This document shows, one piece after another, positions 1 through 10,096 of a stretch of DNA of 64,000 nucleotides. The DNA is from Ignavibacteriota bacterium (lineage in GTDB: Bacteria > Bacteroidota > Ignavibacteria > Palsa-1295): contig CAWBEI010000005.1 of assembly GCA_963787835.1 (NCBI GenBank), forward strand, positions 80,998 to 144,997, in the 5' to 3' direction. Position 1 is the stretch's first letter, and each line of letters opens with the position of its first letter. The notes below the pieces were generated by a model that worked only from the letters and a program-made list of their open reading frames with translations, had not been told where the DNA came from and did not search any database. Both the position numbers and the translations under genes were made by a program.

Positions 1-116
1 GAAGCGGCCTCGAATTCTTCAATAAAACGATTCGCTATTAATTTGCTTTCATTAGCATAAAATTCGACGGCCTCGAAGAATTCCGATTGAGCTTCGGGGT
101 GAAGTGTAACCTTCAC
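1..116 (-). CDS. RelE/ParE-family toxin, N-terminal fragment (continues beyond window start)
   Basis: Minus-strand translation from a GTG overlapping the antitoxin stop (GTGA) gives VKVTLHPEAQSEFFEAVEFYANESKLIANRFIEEFEAA, a typical ParE/RelE N-terminus. It lies directly downstream of the antitoxin gene. Confidence 0.55.
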   Translation of the reverse strand, partial: MKVTLHPEAQSEFFEAVEFYANESKLIANRFIEEFEAA

Positions 117-337
117 TTTGAAATTCGAGCGCGAGCTTCTTTCAGCACTTCTTCAACGTCAATACCTTCGACAAGTCCAGCATCCCATTCGGCTTGCCTG
201 CGTTCTGCCTCATCCAGCCAGGCATTCATGATCTCATCTTCCGGAAGACTCTCATAAATACGGTCAATAAGTCTTAGCCGGTCTTCCGGTGGAAGTTCCA
301 GCACTTCTTGGATCACACGATTGACGTCTCTACCCAT
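113..337 (-). CDS. Addiction-module antitoxin component (putative addiction module component family)
   Basis: 74-aa acidic protein with VIQEVLELPPEDRLRLIDRIYESL and AWLDEAERRQAEWDAG motifs. Its stop overlaps the downstream toxin start. Confidence 0.6.
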   Translation of the reverse strand: MGRDVNRVIQEVLELPPEDRLRLIDRIYESLPEDEIMNAWLDEAERRQAEWDAGLVEGIDVEEVLKEARARISK

Positions 338-433
338 AATGATTTGAACTTTAGGATGCCGGTATAAGTGCCCCCCCCACCGCTCAAACTAAAGTTCGTT
401 CATTGACGGTTCTGCGGCAAACAATCGGTCAAT

Positions 434-1351
434 ATGCTCATCCGACTCCTTGTTGGTATCTCGTTGCTCTCGGTCTTGAATGGTTGTGCAGGGATGTTCA
501 ACCAAAATCAAGACCGCGCGGAAGTTTTCGGGCCGAAGGGAATCACGGCGACTGATCCGGATGGAAACCAACTTACGATTCATCACGAGTACGACCAGCA
601 ATTCTTAATGCTGCCTCGTTACGATACCTTTGTGACATTCCATTATGGGACGGCGAGCGAACGGGTATTATTGCAACGCTCGTATTGCTCCAGTACTTTG
701 CTAGACTACCTTACCTTTTGGGGACTGTATATTGACGATGCACTCGGCACGTGGCGTCAATATGACCCGCTCATCGTTATTCTCGATTCCAATGGCGGTG
801 TAGATACTACGCTTCCACTTCCGAGTTTTTGGGAGCACGAAAATCGGCTGAGGCTTCTGCTTTCTTTAGGTTCTGGCATACCAACTGAGGTATATCAACC
901 TCTTAATACCATCCTTCTCCATGGTGAGTATTCGATTGGATTCGGTATCCAGCATAAGATCGAACTTTATTATAATGCATCTGGCGAGGGTGTGTTTGGA
1001 GAAGGCATCGATTCCGATCGTTCCCTTCCTTCGATTGCTATCCAATCCCCTGTGCTTCGTTATTATCCGTTCGATAACTATTGTTTCTTCGAAGCAGGAC
1101 CTTCACTTATCACTGTTACTATGGATAGTGCTTGGTGGAATCCTGGAACCCCTCTTCCAGGCAACCCAGAGTATGTTTCCCAACACTTGACCGGCCTAAC
1201 TGCTGGCGTGGGCTGGTGCGGCGATCTCTCGTACTTCGATTTTCGCTATGAGTTCGGTTTTAAGCCCTATCAATTCTTCCAATTGGCACCACAACAGCTC
1301 CGGGAACTTGTATTAACGTTTGGGATGACTTTCAATCTATCAATAAACTGA
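434..1351 (+). CDS. Hypothetical lipoprotein (paralog 1 of tandem pair)
   Basis: Signal peptide with lipobox LLSVLNGC; 305 aa; ~50% identical to the next ORF (shared NRAEV.GP.G.TATDP.GN.L, YDTFVTFHYG, GWCGD.SY, FGFKPYQFF, RELVL.FG blocks). Confidence 0.6.
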   Translation: MLIRLLVGISLLSVLNGCAGMFNQNQDRAEVFGPKGITATDPDGNQLTIHHEYDQQFLMLPRYDTFVTFHYGTASERVLLQRSYCSSTLLDYLTFWGLYIDDALGTWRQYDPLIVILDSNGGVDTTLPLPSFWEHENRLRLLLSLGSGIPTEVYQPLNTILLHGEYSIGFGIQHKIELYYNASGEGVFGEGIDSDRSLPSIAIQSPVLRYYPFDNYCFFEAGPSLITVTMDSAWWNPGTPLPGNPEYVSQHLTGLTAGVGWCGDLSYFDFRYEFGFKPYQFFQLAPQQLRELVLTFGMTFNLSIN

Positions 1352-1352
1352 G

Positions 1353-2261
1353 ATGTGTATGATTCTAAGACTGTGCATCCTTTGTGTCATGGTCACTCTT
1401 TTATCCGGTTGCGCCTCACTTTTCAATGAGAACCGAAACCGTGCCGAGGTCATCGGGCCAAATGGAATGACCGCCACCGATCCGAATGGGAACAAGCTTT
1501 GGATACAGCATGAGTCAGATCGGCAATTCTTGATCCTCCCGCAGTATGATACGTTTGTGACATTCCATTATGGGTACGCGAGTAAGCGGGTGTTATTAAA
1601 GCGTTCGTACTGTCCATATACGGCGCTTGACTATTTCCTTTTCGCTCCGGATTTGTTTATAGATGACGCAAGCGGCGCCTGGCGTCAGTATGACAGTATT
1701 CATGTTAGCATCGATTCGAACGGGGGCGTGGACACACTCCTCCCGACTCCGAGTTTTTGGGAAAGCGATGACCGTCCAAGAATTCTTCTATCCTTTGGGG
1801 TAGGATATTCGAATGAATCAACACCTTCCTTGTTCCCAGCCTATAACGCGCTTGCGATTGGTCTTAGCTATCGCCACAAATTGGAACTCTATTACAATTC
1901 CTCCGCGGAAGTGTCCAATATCTACGGATTATCCAGTGCCGATACTTCTCCATCCGTGCAAATACAATCGCCGATCTTTCGATTTTACCCTTTGGGTAAC
2001 TATTTCGTCGAGGCTGGGCCATCCTTTCTTACCATTGAAATGGACACGTTTAAAGCCACGAGTAATGCAGATCTCAGTGTCGGGGTACCGATCGCATCGG
2101 AACATTTGACTGGAATAACGGCAGGGCTCGGCTGGTGCGGAGATTTTTCCTACGTCGACATTCATTATATATTTGGCTTCAAACCTTATCAATTCTTCAA
2201 TTTGCCCGCCCAGCAGTTCCGCGAATTAGTTTTGTCTTTTGGATTGGTTTTTCGGTTATAA
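1353..2261 (+). CDS. Hypothetical lipoprotein (paralog 2 of tandem pair)
   Basis: Lipobox VTLLSGC; 302 aa; colinear paralog of 434..1351 separated by 1 nt. Confidence 0.6.
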   Translation: MCMILRLCILCVMVTLLSGCASLFNENRNRAEVIGPNGMTATDPNGNKLWIQHESDRQFLILPQYDTFVTFHYGYASKRVLLKRSYCPYTALDYFLFAPDLFIDDASGAWRQYDSIHVSIDSNGGVDTLLPTPSFWESDDRPRILLSFGVGYSNESTPSLFPAYNALAIGLSYRHKLELYYNSSAEVSNIYGLSSADTSPSVQIQSPIFRFYPLGNYFVEAGPSFLTIEMDTFKATSNADLSVGVPIASEHLTGITAGLGWCGDFSYVDIHYIFGFKPYQFFNLPAQQFRELVLSFGLVFRL

Positions 2262-2514
2262 TTATTTCTGTAATAAGAGAATATACGAATTAATGCCTCT
2301 TTTGCCCATTTCCTCGAAACTCTTCACCACCACATCCGGTTATAGGCGCGCTTGCAATAAAAAGGCACCGAAATTGGCTCAAAAACGCCAATTTTAACCT
2401 ATGAGCGATCATGCTTGCAAGCGGCTCATTGATAAACATTCGCCTCTGCACTCTTAATTGAAGCGCTAAGAACAAACACTTCGGCACGCCGAAGGATGTG
2501 TTCGCAATGACCCC

Positions 2515-2542
2515 GGACGTGCCCAGCACGTCCCTACGGGAA
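2515..2542. repeat. Family C palindromic repeat copy (GGACGTG..CAGCACGTCCCTAC)
   Basis: Hairpin-forming GGACGTGC-CCA-GCACGTCC followed by CTACGGGAA. The same motif recurs at 2583, 45279, 45343 and 47371. Confidence 0.6.
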
Positions 2543-2582
2543 GTTGCATTCCGAGCGCCCGCATGCGAATGACGATGGAAAA

Positions 2583-2610
2583 GGACGTGTACAGCACGTC
2601 CCTACGGGAA
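2583..2610. repeat. Family C palindromic repeat copy
   Basis: ggacgtgtacagcacgtccctacgggaa, 68 nt downstream of the previous copy. Confidence 0.6.
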
Positions 2611-2703
2611 TATCAATAATAAATTTTTTAAGCTTGCCGCAACCGATATTGGCTGCGTTGGGCTATTTTACGGTTTTTCGAATTAATTCTTTAGCACTTA
2701 ACA

Positions 2704-3912
2704 ATGGCAAAAGCTAAATACGAACGTTCTAAGCCGCACGTAAATGTCGGCACGATCGGCCATGTCGATCATGGCAAGACCACGCTCACTGCGGCGATCA
2801 CGATGGCGCTCGCCAAGAAGATGCCGGGCAACGAGGTCCGCACTTTCGATTCTATCGATAATGCTCCGGAAGAGCGCGCTCGTGGAATCACAATAGCAAC
2901 GGCACACGTCGAGTACGAGACGGGGAACCGTCACTACGCGCACGTTGACTGCCCAGGCCACGCTGATTATGTCAAGAACATGATCACGGGTGCCGCGCAG
3001 ATGGACGGCGCTATCCTCGTCGTTGCTGCAACGGACGGCCCGATGCCACAGACCCGCGAGCACATCTTGCTTGCACGTCAGGTCGGTGTGCCGCGTATCG
3101 TAGTATTTATGAATAAGGTTGATGCCGCCGACCCTGAGCTTTTGGAACTTGTCGAGCTTGAAATTCGCGAGCTTCTCAGCAAGTACGAATTCCCCGGCGA
3201 CGAAATTCCGATCATTCCAGGCTCTGCGCTCAATGCGTTGAACGCCGGCGCCGATCCGGCCGCAGGTGTGGACGATCCACGACTCGCATGCATCTATAAT
3301 CTTATGGATGCCGTCGATAGCTACATCCCGACTCCAGTTCGCGATGTTGATAAGCCATTCCTCATGTCGATCGAGGACGTATTCTCGATCACGGGTCGTG
3401 GCACGGTGGGAACCGGACGTATCGAGCGCGGTAAAGTTCACATTCAGGATGAAGTGGAAATCATCGGACTCGGTCAGCACAAGAAGTCGGTTGTTACCGG
3501 TGTCGAGATGTTCCGCAAGGAAATGGAAGAAGGACAAGCTGGCGATAACGTTGGTATTCTTCTCCGTGGCGTAGAAAAAACGGATCTGGAGCGCGGTCAG
3601 GTTATCGCGAAACCGGGTTCGATCACGCCGCACACGAACTTCGATGCGAAAGTCTATGTGCTTTCGAAGGAAGAAGGCGGACGCCACACTCCATTCTTCA
3701 ATGGCTATCGCCCGCAGTTCTACTTCCGCACCACGGACGTAACCGGCGTTGCAACATTGCCGGATGGCGTAGAGATGGTCATGCCTGGCGATAGCGTCCA
3801 GATGAAGATCGAGCTTATTTCGCCGATCGCTATGGAAGAAGGACTCCGTTTCGCTATTCGCGAAGGCGGTCGCACGGTCGGAGCAGGCGTAGTAGATAAG
3901 ATCACGAAGTAA
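2704..3912 (+). CDS. tuf: Elongation factor Tu
   Basis: 402 aa; [23 protein letters not shown]-motifs; full-length EF-Tu. Confidence 0.97.
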   Translation: MAKAKYERSKPHVNVGTIGHVDHGKTTLTAAITMALAKKMPGNEVRTFDSIDNAPEERARGITIATAHVEYETGNRHYAHVDCPGHADYVKNMITGAAQMDGAILVVAATDGPMPQTREHILLARQVGVPRIVVFMNKVDAADPELLELVELEIRELLSKYEFPGDEIPIIPGSALNALNAGADPAAGVDDPRLACIYNLMDAVDSYIPTPVRDVDKPFLMSIEDVFSITGRGTVGTGRIERGKVHIQDEVEIIGLGQHKKSVVTGVEMFRKEMEEGQAGDNVGILLRGVEKTDLERGQVIAKPGSITPHTNFDAKVYVLSKEEGGRHTPFFNGYRPQFYFRTTDVTGVATLPDGVEMVMPGDSVQMKIELISPIAMEEGLRFAIREGGRTVGAGVVDKITK

Positions 3913-3920
3913 TTTATAAG

Positions 3921-3948
3921 AAGCGCGCACTTTCAACGGTGCGCGCTT
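3921..3948 (+). terminator. Stem-loop after tuf (terminator/attenuator-like hairpin)
   Basis: aagcgcgcac-tttcaac-ggtgcgcgctt is a perfect 10-bp GC-rich stem, followed by cattcgtttta. Confidence 0.45.
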
Positions 3949-3959
3949 CATTCGTTTTA

Positions 3960-4262
3960 ATGCAGAAGATCCGAATCAAACTGAAATCCTACGATCATAA
4001 CCTGATCGATAAGAGCGCGGAAAAGATCATTCGTACCGTGAAGCCGACAGGCTGCGTGGTATCGGGACCGATTCCGCTGCCGACGAAGAAATCCATCTTC
4101 ACGGTCAACCGCTCTCCTCACGTAGATAAGAAGAGCCGCGAGCAGTTTGAGATCCGCGCGCACAAGCGCCTGATCGATATTCTGAATTCGAACAGCCGTA
4201 CCGTCGATTCGCTGATGAAGCTTGAATTACCGGCCGGTGTAGAAGTAGAAATTAAAGTTTGA
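3960..4262 (+). CDS. rpsJ: 30S ribosomal protein S10
   Basis: [13 protein letters not shown]...[24 protein letters not shown]; start placed at the internal Met matching the S10 N-terminus. Confidence 0.9.
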   Translation: MQKIRIKLKSYDHNLIDKSAEKIIRTVKPTGCVVSGPIPLPTKKSIFTVNRSPHVDKKSREQFEIRAHKRLIDILNSNSRTVDSLMKLELPAGVEVEIKV

Positions 4263-4290
4263 GCGCAAAGCTCCACAATTTTCTCCAGAT

Positions 4291-4419
4291 GTCATTGCGA
4301 GGAGGAGATTGCGGAGCGAAGCGGAGCAATCTCCGACGAAGCAATCTCTTCGTCGATACGCACGAGATTGCTTCGTCGAACGGATCTCCCTTCGGTCGAT
4401 CCGTTCTCCTCGCAATGAC
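4291..4419. repeat. Family A MITE-like repeat (GTCATTGCGAGGAG...CTCCTCGCAATGAC), copy 1
   Basis: 129-bp element with 14-bp terminal inverted repeats and an internal inverted pair cgacgaagcaatc/gattgcttcgtcga. It sits between rpsJ and rplC and ends 18 nt before the rplC ATG. Confidence 0.7.
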
Positions 4420-4437
4420 AGGACAACAGCGAAGAAT

Positions 4438-5073
4438 ATGAGCGCACTATTAGGTAAAAAAGTTGGTATGACCGGCATCTTTGACGATCAGGGACAATAT
4501 GTTCCCGTGACCGTCATTCAGGCTGGCCCATGCTTCGTAACTCAGGTCAAGACGAAAGATGCCGATGGCTATGATGCCGTTCAGCTTGGTTTCGAGGACA
4601 TGGATGAGCGTAAGCTGAACAAGCCCGAAAATGGTCATTTCGCAAAAAGCGGCACATCGGCGAAGCGGTATCTGAAGGAATTCCGGTCGTTTCCCGATAG
4701 CGAACTTGCGTCCATGACGCCGGGCAAAGCGATCAACGCAGCGGACCTTTTTCATGAAGGCGATACCGTGCATGTATCCTCGACCTCCAAAGGCCGCGGG
4801 TTCCAGGGCGTTGTGAAGCGCCATCATTTTGGTGGTGTCGGTCAAACGACGCACGGTCAATCCGACCGCCAGCGTGCGCCGGGATCGATCGGCTCGTCGA
4901 GCTATCCTTCCCGCGTATTTAAAGGACAGCGTATGGGTGGTCGAATGGGTGGCAATCGCATTACCACGCGAAATCTTCGCGTGATGAAAGTGCTGCCGGA
5001 ACAAAATTTAGTGCTCGTGAGCGGATCGTTCGCCGGGGCGAAGAACCAACTGGTGGAGATCGTAAAAGCTTAA
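4438..5073 (+). CDS. rplC: 50S ribosomal protein L3
   Basis: MSALLGKKVGMTGIFDD...; the longer ORF-track start runs through the family A repeat, so the start was chosen at the conserved L3 N-terminus. Confidence 0.92.
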   Translation: MSALLGKKVGMTGIFDDQGQYVPVTVIQAGPCFVTQVKTKDADGYDAVQLGFEDMDERKLNKPENGHFAKSGTSAKRYLKEFRSFPDSELASMTPGKAINAADLFHEGDTVHVSSTSKGRGFQGVVKRHHFGGVGQTTHGQSDRQRAPGSIGSSSYPSRVFKGQRMGGRMGGNRITTRNLRVMKVLPEQNLVLVSGSFAGAKNQLVEIVKA

Positions 5074-5077
5074 AAAG

Positions 5078-5752
5078 ATGGAAGTACAAGTTTTAAGTAA
5101 AAGCGGCATAGCGACCGGGCGCAGCGTAACGCTTGCGGACGATATCTTTGGTATCGAGCCGCACGAGCATGCGATGTGGCTGATGATCGAAACGCATCTT
5201 GCGAATCAGCGTCAGGGTACGCATAGCACACTGACGCGCGGAACGGTCTCTGGCTCGACGAAAAAGCTGTTTCGCCAAAAGGGAACCGGTCGTGCGCGTC
5301 AAGGATCGATCAAAAGCGGACTTCATCCGGGCGGTGGAACCATGCACGGCCCTCAGCCGCATAAATATGGGAAGTCGCTGCCGAAAAAAGTGAAGCAGCT
5401 TGCTCGCAAGAGCGCGCTTTCGGAGAAAGTAAAGAATAATGCGTTCGTCGTCGTCGAAGACTTAAATTTTGATTCGCCGCGCACGAAGCAAGTGCAGGAA
5501 GTTTTAAATGCACTGAATCTGAACACGAAGCAGGCATTGCTTTTAACCGCCGGCGATAACGCATCGGTCTATCTGAGCGGTAGGAACATTCCCACGCTTA
5601 CGATCTCCGCAGCAGATAAGGCTTCGATGTATGAAATTTGGAAGTCGCGAGCGATCATCGCTGAGGAATCGGCAGTTGCCGCGATCGAGAAGAGCTTTGC
5701 AGGGCTTGCGCAGGAAAAGCCGGAAGTCGAACACATTTCAATCCCGGCATAA
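5078..5752 (+). CDS. rplD: 50S ribosomal protein L4
   Basis: 224 aa, L4/L1e family by position and composition (KGTGRARQGS). Confidence 0.9.
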   Translation: MEVQVLSKSGIATGRSVTLADDIFGIEPHEHAMWLMIETHLANQRQGTHSTLTRGTVSGSTKKLFRQKGTGRARQGSIKSGLHPGGGTMHGPQPHKYGKSLPKKVKQLARKSALSEKVKNNAFVVVEDLNFDSPRTKQVQEVLNALNLNTKQALLLTAGDNASVYLSGRNIPTLTISAADKASMYEIWKSRAIIAEESAVAAIEKSFAGLAQEKPEVEHISIPA

Positions 5753-5764
5753 GTATTAGAAGAA

Positions 5765-6082
5765 ATGGCACGAGAAGTTTTAAAACGCCCGCTCCTTACC
5801 GAGAAGGCAACATTGCAAGCCGAGAAGGGAATTTATCACTTCGAGGTGCTTGCCGATACGAATAAGATCGAGATCGCGGACGCGGTGCGCAAGCAGTTCG
5901 GCGTGATCATCAAGAGCGTTCGTATTTCCTGGCAAAAGCCGAAGCACAAAACGCAGTTCACCCGCAAGGGCGCGCGTCACGGCGTAAAACAGGGATTTAA
6001 GAAAGCGATCGTGCATCTCGCTCCGGGCCAAACGATCGACGTTTTTGCGCCGATGGATGCGAAGGAAAGGGGAGCGCTATAA
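5765..6082 (+). CDS. rplW: 50S ribosomal protein L23
   Basis: 105 aa; LKRPLLTEKA motif; position between L4 and L2. Confidence 0.9.
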   Translation: MAREVLKRPLLTEKATLQAEKGIYHFEVLADTNKIEIADAVRKQFGVIIKSVRISWQKPKHKTQFTRKGARHGVKQGFKKAIVHLAPGQTIDVFAPMDAKERGAL

Positions 6083-6085
6083 ACA

Positions 6086-6922
6086 ATGGCTATTAGGAAT
6101 TTAAAACCGAGAACGCCGGCGACGCGGTATTACTCGATCTCGACATTTGACGAGATCACGAAGACCACGCCGGAAAAATCGCTGCTCGAACCGCTGCGCA
6201 AATCCGGCGGTCGTGGTAATACGGGACGCATCACCTCGCGCCATCGCGGCGGCGGACACAAGCGCATGTATCGCGTGATCGATTTCAAGCGCGACAAGAT
6301 AGGCATTCCAGGCACAGTATCCTCGATCGAATACGATCCGAACCGTAGCTGCCGCATCGCGCTCATTACGTATGCCGATGGCGAAAAGCGATACATTCTT
6401 GCTCCAGAAGGTCTTGCCGTTGGTGGCACTATCACTTCAGGGCCTGATTCTGAGATCAACGTTGGCAATACGCTTCCGTTGAAGAATATGCCGCTCGGTA
6501 CCACGGTGCATAATGTGGAACTTACGGCAGGTCGTGGTGGGCAGATCGCTCGCTCGGCTGGCAATGCATGTCAGGTGATGGCAAAAGAAGGAGAATTTGC
6601 GACGCTGAAAATGCCTTCGGGAGAAGCGCGCAAAATTCGTTTGGAATGTTTTGCAACGATCGGCCAGGTCGGTAATGCAGATTATTTTAACATTAGCTGG
6701 GGTAAAGCAGGGCGTTCGCGCTGGCTCGGTATTCGTCCGCAGACGCGCGGCATGGCGATGAATCCAGTCGATCACCCAATGGGCGGCGGCGAAGGTAAAT
6801 CAAAATCTGGCGGTGGACGCCGGCATCCGAAGTCGCCGTGGGGTCAGCTTTCAAAAGGTTACAAGACTCGTAAGGGCAAGAACGCATCGACGAAGTATAT
6901 CGTTAAGCGCCGCTCGAAATAA
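6086..6922 (+). CDS. rplB: 50S ribosomal protein L2
   Basis: 278 aa; [19 protein letters not shown] and [13 protein letters not shown] motifs. Confidence 0.95.
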   Translation: MAIRNLKPRTPATRYYSISTFDEITKTTPEKSLLEPLRKSGGRGNTGRITSRHRGGGHKRMYRVIDFKRDKIGIPGTVSSIEYDPNRSCRIALITYADGEKRYILAPEGLAVGGTITSGPDSEINVGNTLPLKNMPLGTTVHNVELTAGRGGQIARSAGNACQVMAKEGEFATLKMPSGEARKIRLECFATIGQVGNADYFNISWGKAGRSRWLGIRPQTRGMAMNPVDHPMGGGEGKSKSGGGRRHPKSPWGQLSKGYKTRKGKNASTKYIVKRRSK

Positions 6923-6928
6923 AAAATT

Positions 6929-7210
6929 ATGTCACGTTCGCTAAAAAAAGGACCGTTCATCGATGAAAAGCTGCTCTCCAAAGTGGAGACGCTGAATGCT
7001 GCTCGTCAGAAAAAAGTGATCAAGACGTGGTCGCGTTCGAGCACCATTTCGCCCGACTTTGTTGGACACACGTTTACAGTTCACAACGGTAATAAGTTTA
7101 TTCCGGTCTATGTGACGGAGAATATGGTGGGGCATAAGCTTGGAGAGTTCGCGCCGACGCGTCAGTTTCGAGGCCACTCCGGAACGAAAACGGAAGCAGC
7201 GACGAAATAA
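6929..7210 (+). CDS. rpsS: 30S ribosomal protein S19
   Basis: [12 protein letters not shown]...[27 protein letters not shown]. Confidence 0.95.
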   Translation: MSRSLKKGPFIDEKLLSKVETLNAARQKKVIKTWSRSSTISPDFVGHTFTVHNGNKFIPVYVTENMVGHKLGEFAPTRQFRGHSGTKTEAATK

Positions 7211-7225
7211 AGAATTTTATATAGT

Positions 7226-7726
7226 ATGGCAAAGAGCGCACGCGCAATGAAGCGCAGTATTCAGAGTTCACCGGTCAAAATGAGGATCGTCCTCAATTTG
7301 ATCCGCGGCAAGCGTGTGCCGGAGGCACTATCGATCCTCCATTTCACGCCGAACCATGCATCGATCGTGGCGGAAAAAACACTTCGCAGTGCCGTTGCGA
7401 ATTTTCAGATGAATCCGGAGAACGCCCGCGTCGATGTGGACGATCTCTATGTGCGTGAGTGCTCCTCCGATGGCGGCGCAGTGCTCAAGCGTATTCTTCC
7501 CGCTCCGATGGGACGTGCGTTTCGGGTGCGCAAGCGTTCGAATCACTTGACGATCATCGTCGGTGATGAGCCGCTTGGAGGAATTAAGAAGACGCGCAAG
7601 CGTTCGGGCGCCAAGCCTGCCGTCGCAAGAACGAAGACGCCGAGTACAAAAGCAAAACAAGTTTCAAGTGTCGAAGAGGTTCCGGTGACGGACGCTGCGG
7701 CGGTAGAATCATCAACAAGCGAATAA
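7226..7726 (+). CDS. rplV: 50S ribosomal protein L22 (with ~50-aa basic C-terminal extension)
   Basis: SPVKMRIVLNLIRGKRV core; 166 aa versus ~110 typical; K/R/T-rich tail. Confidence 0.88.
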   Translation: MAKSARAMKRSIQSSPVKMRIVLNLIRGKRVPEALSILHFTPNHASIVAEKTLRSAVANFQMNPENARVDVDDLYVRECSSDGGAVLKRILPAPMGRAFRVRKRSNHLTIIVGDEPLGGIKKTRKRSGAKPAVARTKTPSTKAKQVSSVEEVPVTDAAAVESSTSE

Positions 7727-7741
7727 CGACTACATAATCTT

Positions 7742-8656
7742 TTGGGACAGAAAACAAACCCGGTCGGCTTCAGAGTCGCGGTAACGCGCCCATGGGATGC
7801 GCGTTGGTACGACGATAAAAACTTTGCGCAGAAGCTCGAAGAGGATAACCTCATTCGTTCCTATGTGAAGAACCGCTTGAAGCGTGCGGGCTTGTCGAAG
7901 CTGACGATCGACCGCACGACCAAGCGCATCGTGGTAACCATTCACACATCACGCCCTGGCGTTGTGATTGGTAAGAGCGGGAAAGAAATTGCTCAAATCG
8001 AAGAGGAATTAAAGAATGTGACGGGCGGTAAGGAAGTAAAGATCCTTATCAACGAAGTGAAACGCCCGGAAACGGACGCACAGCTTATCGGCGATCAGAT
8101 CGCGCAGCAGCTCGAAGGACGTATCGGTTTTCGCCGAGCGATGAAGGGCGCCATCTCCGCAGCCATGCGTTCTGGCGCGGAAGGCGTGCGTATCATGTGC
8201 GGTGGGCGGCTTGGCGGAGCAGAAATTGCGCGTTCGGAGCAGTATAAAGAGGGAAGAATTCCCTTACATACCCTTCGTGCCGATATTGATTTTGCTCGAA
8301 GCACCGCGCATACCATCTATGGCGCTATCGGTGTGAAGGTTTGGGTTTGCCACGGTGATATCATCGGGCAAACACCGCTTCAGCTTGCAGCGGAAGTTGC
8401 AGTCAACGGAGTAGAGCAGCAGGATAAACGGCCGATCGTTTCCGCGGCAGGCGGCGAACGCCGACGACGCGGCGGCGGACGTGGCCGGGGCGATCGCGAT
8501 GAGCGCGGAGGCGGAGAGCGCGGCGGTGATCGTGGAGATCGTCGCTCGGGTGGCGAACAAAGCGGGGAACCTGCGGTACTGAAACCGCGCAGACCACGCG
8601 CGGCACGCAGCGAAACAAGCACGACATCCGGGCCAATTATTCGAAAACAAGTTTAA
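7742..8656 (+). CDS. rpsC: 30S ribosomal protein S3 (with ~60-aa RGG/RGD-rich C-terminal tail)
   Basis: MGQKTNPVGFR... KH and S3-C domains, followed by GGERRRRGGGRGRGDRDERGGGERGGDRGDRRSGG low-complexity tail. 304 aa. Confidence 0.92.
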   Translation: MGQKTNPVGFRVAVTRPWDARWYDDKNFAQKLEEDNLIRSYVKNRLKRAGLSKLTIDRTTKRIVVTIHTSRPGVVIGKSGKEIAQIEEELKNVTGGKEVKILINEVKRPETDAQLIGDQIAQQLEGRIGFRRAMKGAISAAMRSGAEGVRIMCGGRLGGAEIARSEQYKEGRIPLHTLRADIDFARSTAHTIYGAIGVKVWVCHGDIIGQTPLQLAAEVAVNGVEQQDKRPIVSAAGGERRRRGGGRGRGDRDERGGGERGGDRGDRRSGGEQSGEPAVLKPRRPRAARSETSTTSGPIIRKQV

Positions 8657-8668
8657 AGAAAGAAGAAA

Positions 8669-9088
8669 ATGCTTCTTCCAAAGAGAGTAAAATATCGCAA
8701 GGCGATGCGCGGTAAGGTCAAGGGCAATGAGACCCGGGGCACGGACGTTGCATTTGGTTCTTTTGGCCTGAAGGCGCTTGAATCCGGTTGGATCACCAGC
8801 CGCCAGATCGAAGCCGTTCGTGTTACGCTTTCGCGTACCATGAAACGTGATGGTAAGATCTGGATCCGGATTTTTCCGGACAAACCAGTGACGAAAAAGC
8901 CTGCAGAAACTCGTATGGGTTCCGGAAAAGGTTCTCCCGAGTTCTGGGTTTCGGTCGTAAAGCCGGGGCGCATCATGTTCGAGGTTGGCGGTATTACGCA
9001 GGAACTTGCAACGGAAGCATTGCGGCTTGCTGGGCATAAGCTGCCCGTCAAGACCAAAATGGTCACACGGCCAGATTACGTAGAATAA
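8669..9088 (+). CDS. rplP: 50S ribosomal protein L16
   Basis: [16 protein letters not shown]...; 139 aa. Confidence 0.95.
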   Translation: MLLPKRVKYRKAMRGKVKGNETRGTDVAFGSFGLKALESGWITSRQIEAVRVTLSRTMKRDGKIWIRIFPDKPVTKKPAETRMGSGKGSPEFWVSVVKPGRIMFEVGGITQELATEALRLAGHKLPVKTKMVTRPDYVE

Positions 9089-9104
9089 AGTTTAGAGAAC
9101 GAAA

Positions 9105-9311
9105 ATGAAGGGACTGAAATACGCATCGCTTACGGAGCTAACGGAAGCGCAGCTCAAAAAGCAGATCGGCGAGAACCATGCGCGGCTTACCGCGCTCCGG
9201 TTCCAGAAGACCGTCGGCCAGCTCGATAATCATGCGCAGATCTCAACACTGCGCCAGGATATTGCGCGTATGCAGACGGCGCTCACTTCGCGGAAACCCG
9301 AATCCAAATAA
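9105..9311 (+). CDS. rpmC: 50S ribosomal protein L29
   Basis: 68 aa, helical; position between L16 and S17. Confidence 0.85.
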   Translation: MKGLKYASLTELTEAQLKKQIGENHARLTALRFQKTVGQLDNHAQISTLRQDIARMQTALTSRKPESK

Positions 9312-9314
9312 ACG

Positions 9315-9626
9315 ATGTCAGAAAACGAAAACATAGTGGCAGAAAGCGCAGCGACGGAAGTTGCTACTTCGGAAACTCGGGGACGGCGTAAAGAACGCGT
9401 CGGGAAAGTCGTGAGCGATAAGATGGATAAGACGATCATCGTGACGCTGACGCGCCAGGTGCCGCATCCGCTTTACAAAAAGTATTTTAAGAAGACGACG
9501 AAATTCGTTGCGCACGATGAAAAGAATGATGCAAAGATCGGCGATATGGTTCGCATCATGGAAACCCGGCCGCTTTCGAAAACAAAGCGCTGGCGCGTCG
9601 TAGAAGTTTTAGAACGAGCGAAATAA
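9315..9626 (+). CDS. rpsQ: 30S ribosomal protein S17 (N-terminally extended)
   Basis: [62 protein letters not shown]; about 20 extra N-terminal residues. Confidence 0.9.
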   Translation: MSENENIVAESAATEVATSETRGRRKERVGKVVSDKMDKTIIVTLTRQVPHPLYKKYFKKTTKFVAHDEKNDAKIGDMVRIMETRPLSKTKRWRVVEVLERAK

Positions 9627-9635
9627 ATTTTTTGC

Positions 9636-9701
9636 GTAGCCGTGAGCTTTAGCTCACGGTGAAACTGGAAAATCACACCGTGGGCTAAAGCCCACGGCTA
9701 C
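9636..9701 (+). repeat. Family E double-hairpin repeat, copy 1 (rpsQ|rplN junction)
   Basis: gtagccgtgagctttagctcacgg...ccgtgggctaaagcccacggctac: two 8-bp-stem hairpins enclosed by an outer GTAGCCGTG/CACGGCTAC stem. Confidence 0.7.
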
Positions 9702-9715
9702 GAAGTAGAAGTATT

Positions 9716-10084
9716 ATGGTACAGGAAGAAACGAACTTAGTAGTAGCCGATAATTCGGGCGCAAAGCGCGTCCGGTGCATTCGTGTGCTTGGCGGACACG
9801 AGCGCCGCTATGCCGGCTTGGGAGATATCGTTGTCGTAAGCGTGAAAGCGGCGATCCCGAACGGTCAGGTGAAAAAAGGTGAAGTTTCCAAGGCTGTGAT
9901 CGTGCGCACGAAAAAAGAATATCGCCGTAAGGATGGTAGCTACATTCGCTTCGATGAGAATGCAGTCGTCCTTTTGAACGCTCAGGGCGAGCCACGGGGC
10001 ACGCGTATTTTCGGACCGGTTGCACGCGAACTTCGCGAGCGGCAGTATATGAAGATCGTTTCGTTGGCGCCGGAAGTAATTTAA
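9716..10084 (+). CDS. rplN: 50S ribosomal protein L14
   Basis: [17 protein letters not shown]...; 122 aa. Confidence 0.95.
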   Translation: MVQEETNLVVADNSGAKRVRCIRVLGGHERRYAGLGDIVVVSVKAAIPNGQVKKGEVSKAVIVRTKKEYRRKDGSYIRFDENAVVLLNAQGEPRGTRIFGPVARELRERQYMKIVSLAPEVI

Positions 10085-10096
10085 GGAATTTTTATC

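Noticed and set aside
2698-3951. 417-aa ORF on the minus strand
   Set aside because: Exactly antisense to tuf; a shadow ORF in a GC-rich, highly expressed gene.
4309-5073. Longer 254-aa version of rplC, and the long version of the 36920..37570 gene
   Set aside because: The N-terminal extensions are read through family A repeat elements. The conserved protein N-termini begin after the repeat.
8264-9037. 257-aa minus-strand ORF plus several 60-110-aa ORFs across 5000-13500
   Set aside because: Antisense or alternative-frame shadows of ribosomal-protein genes.
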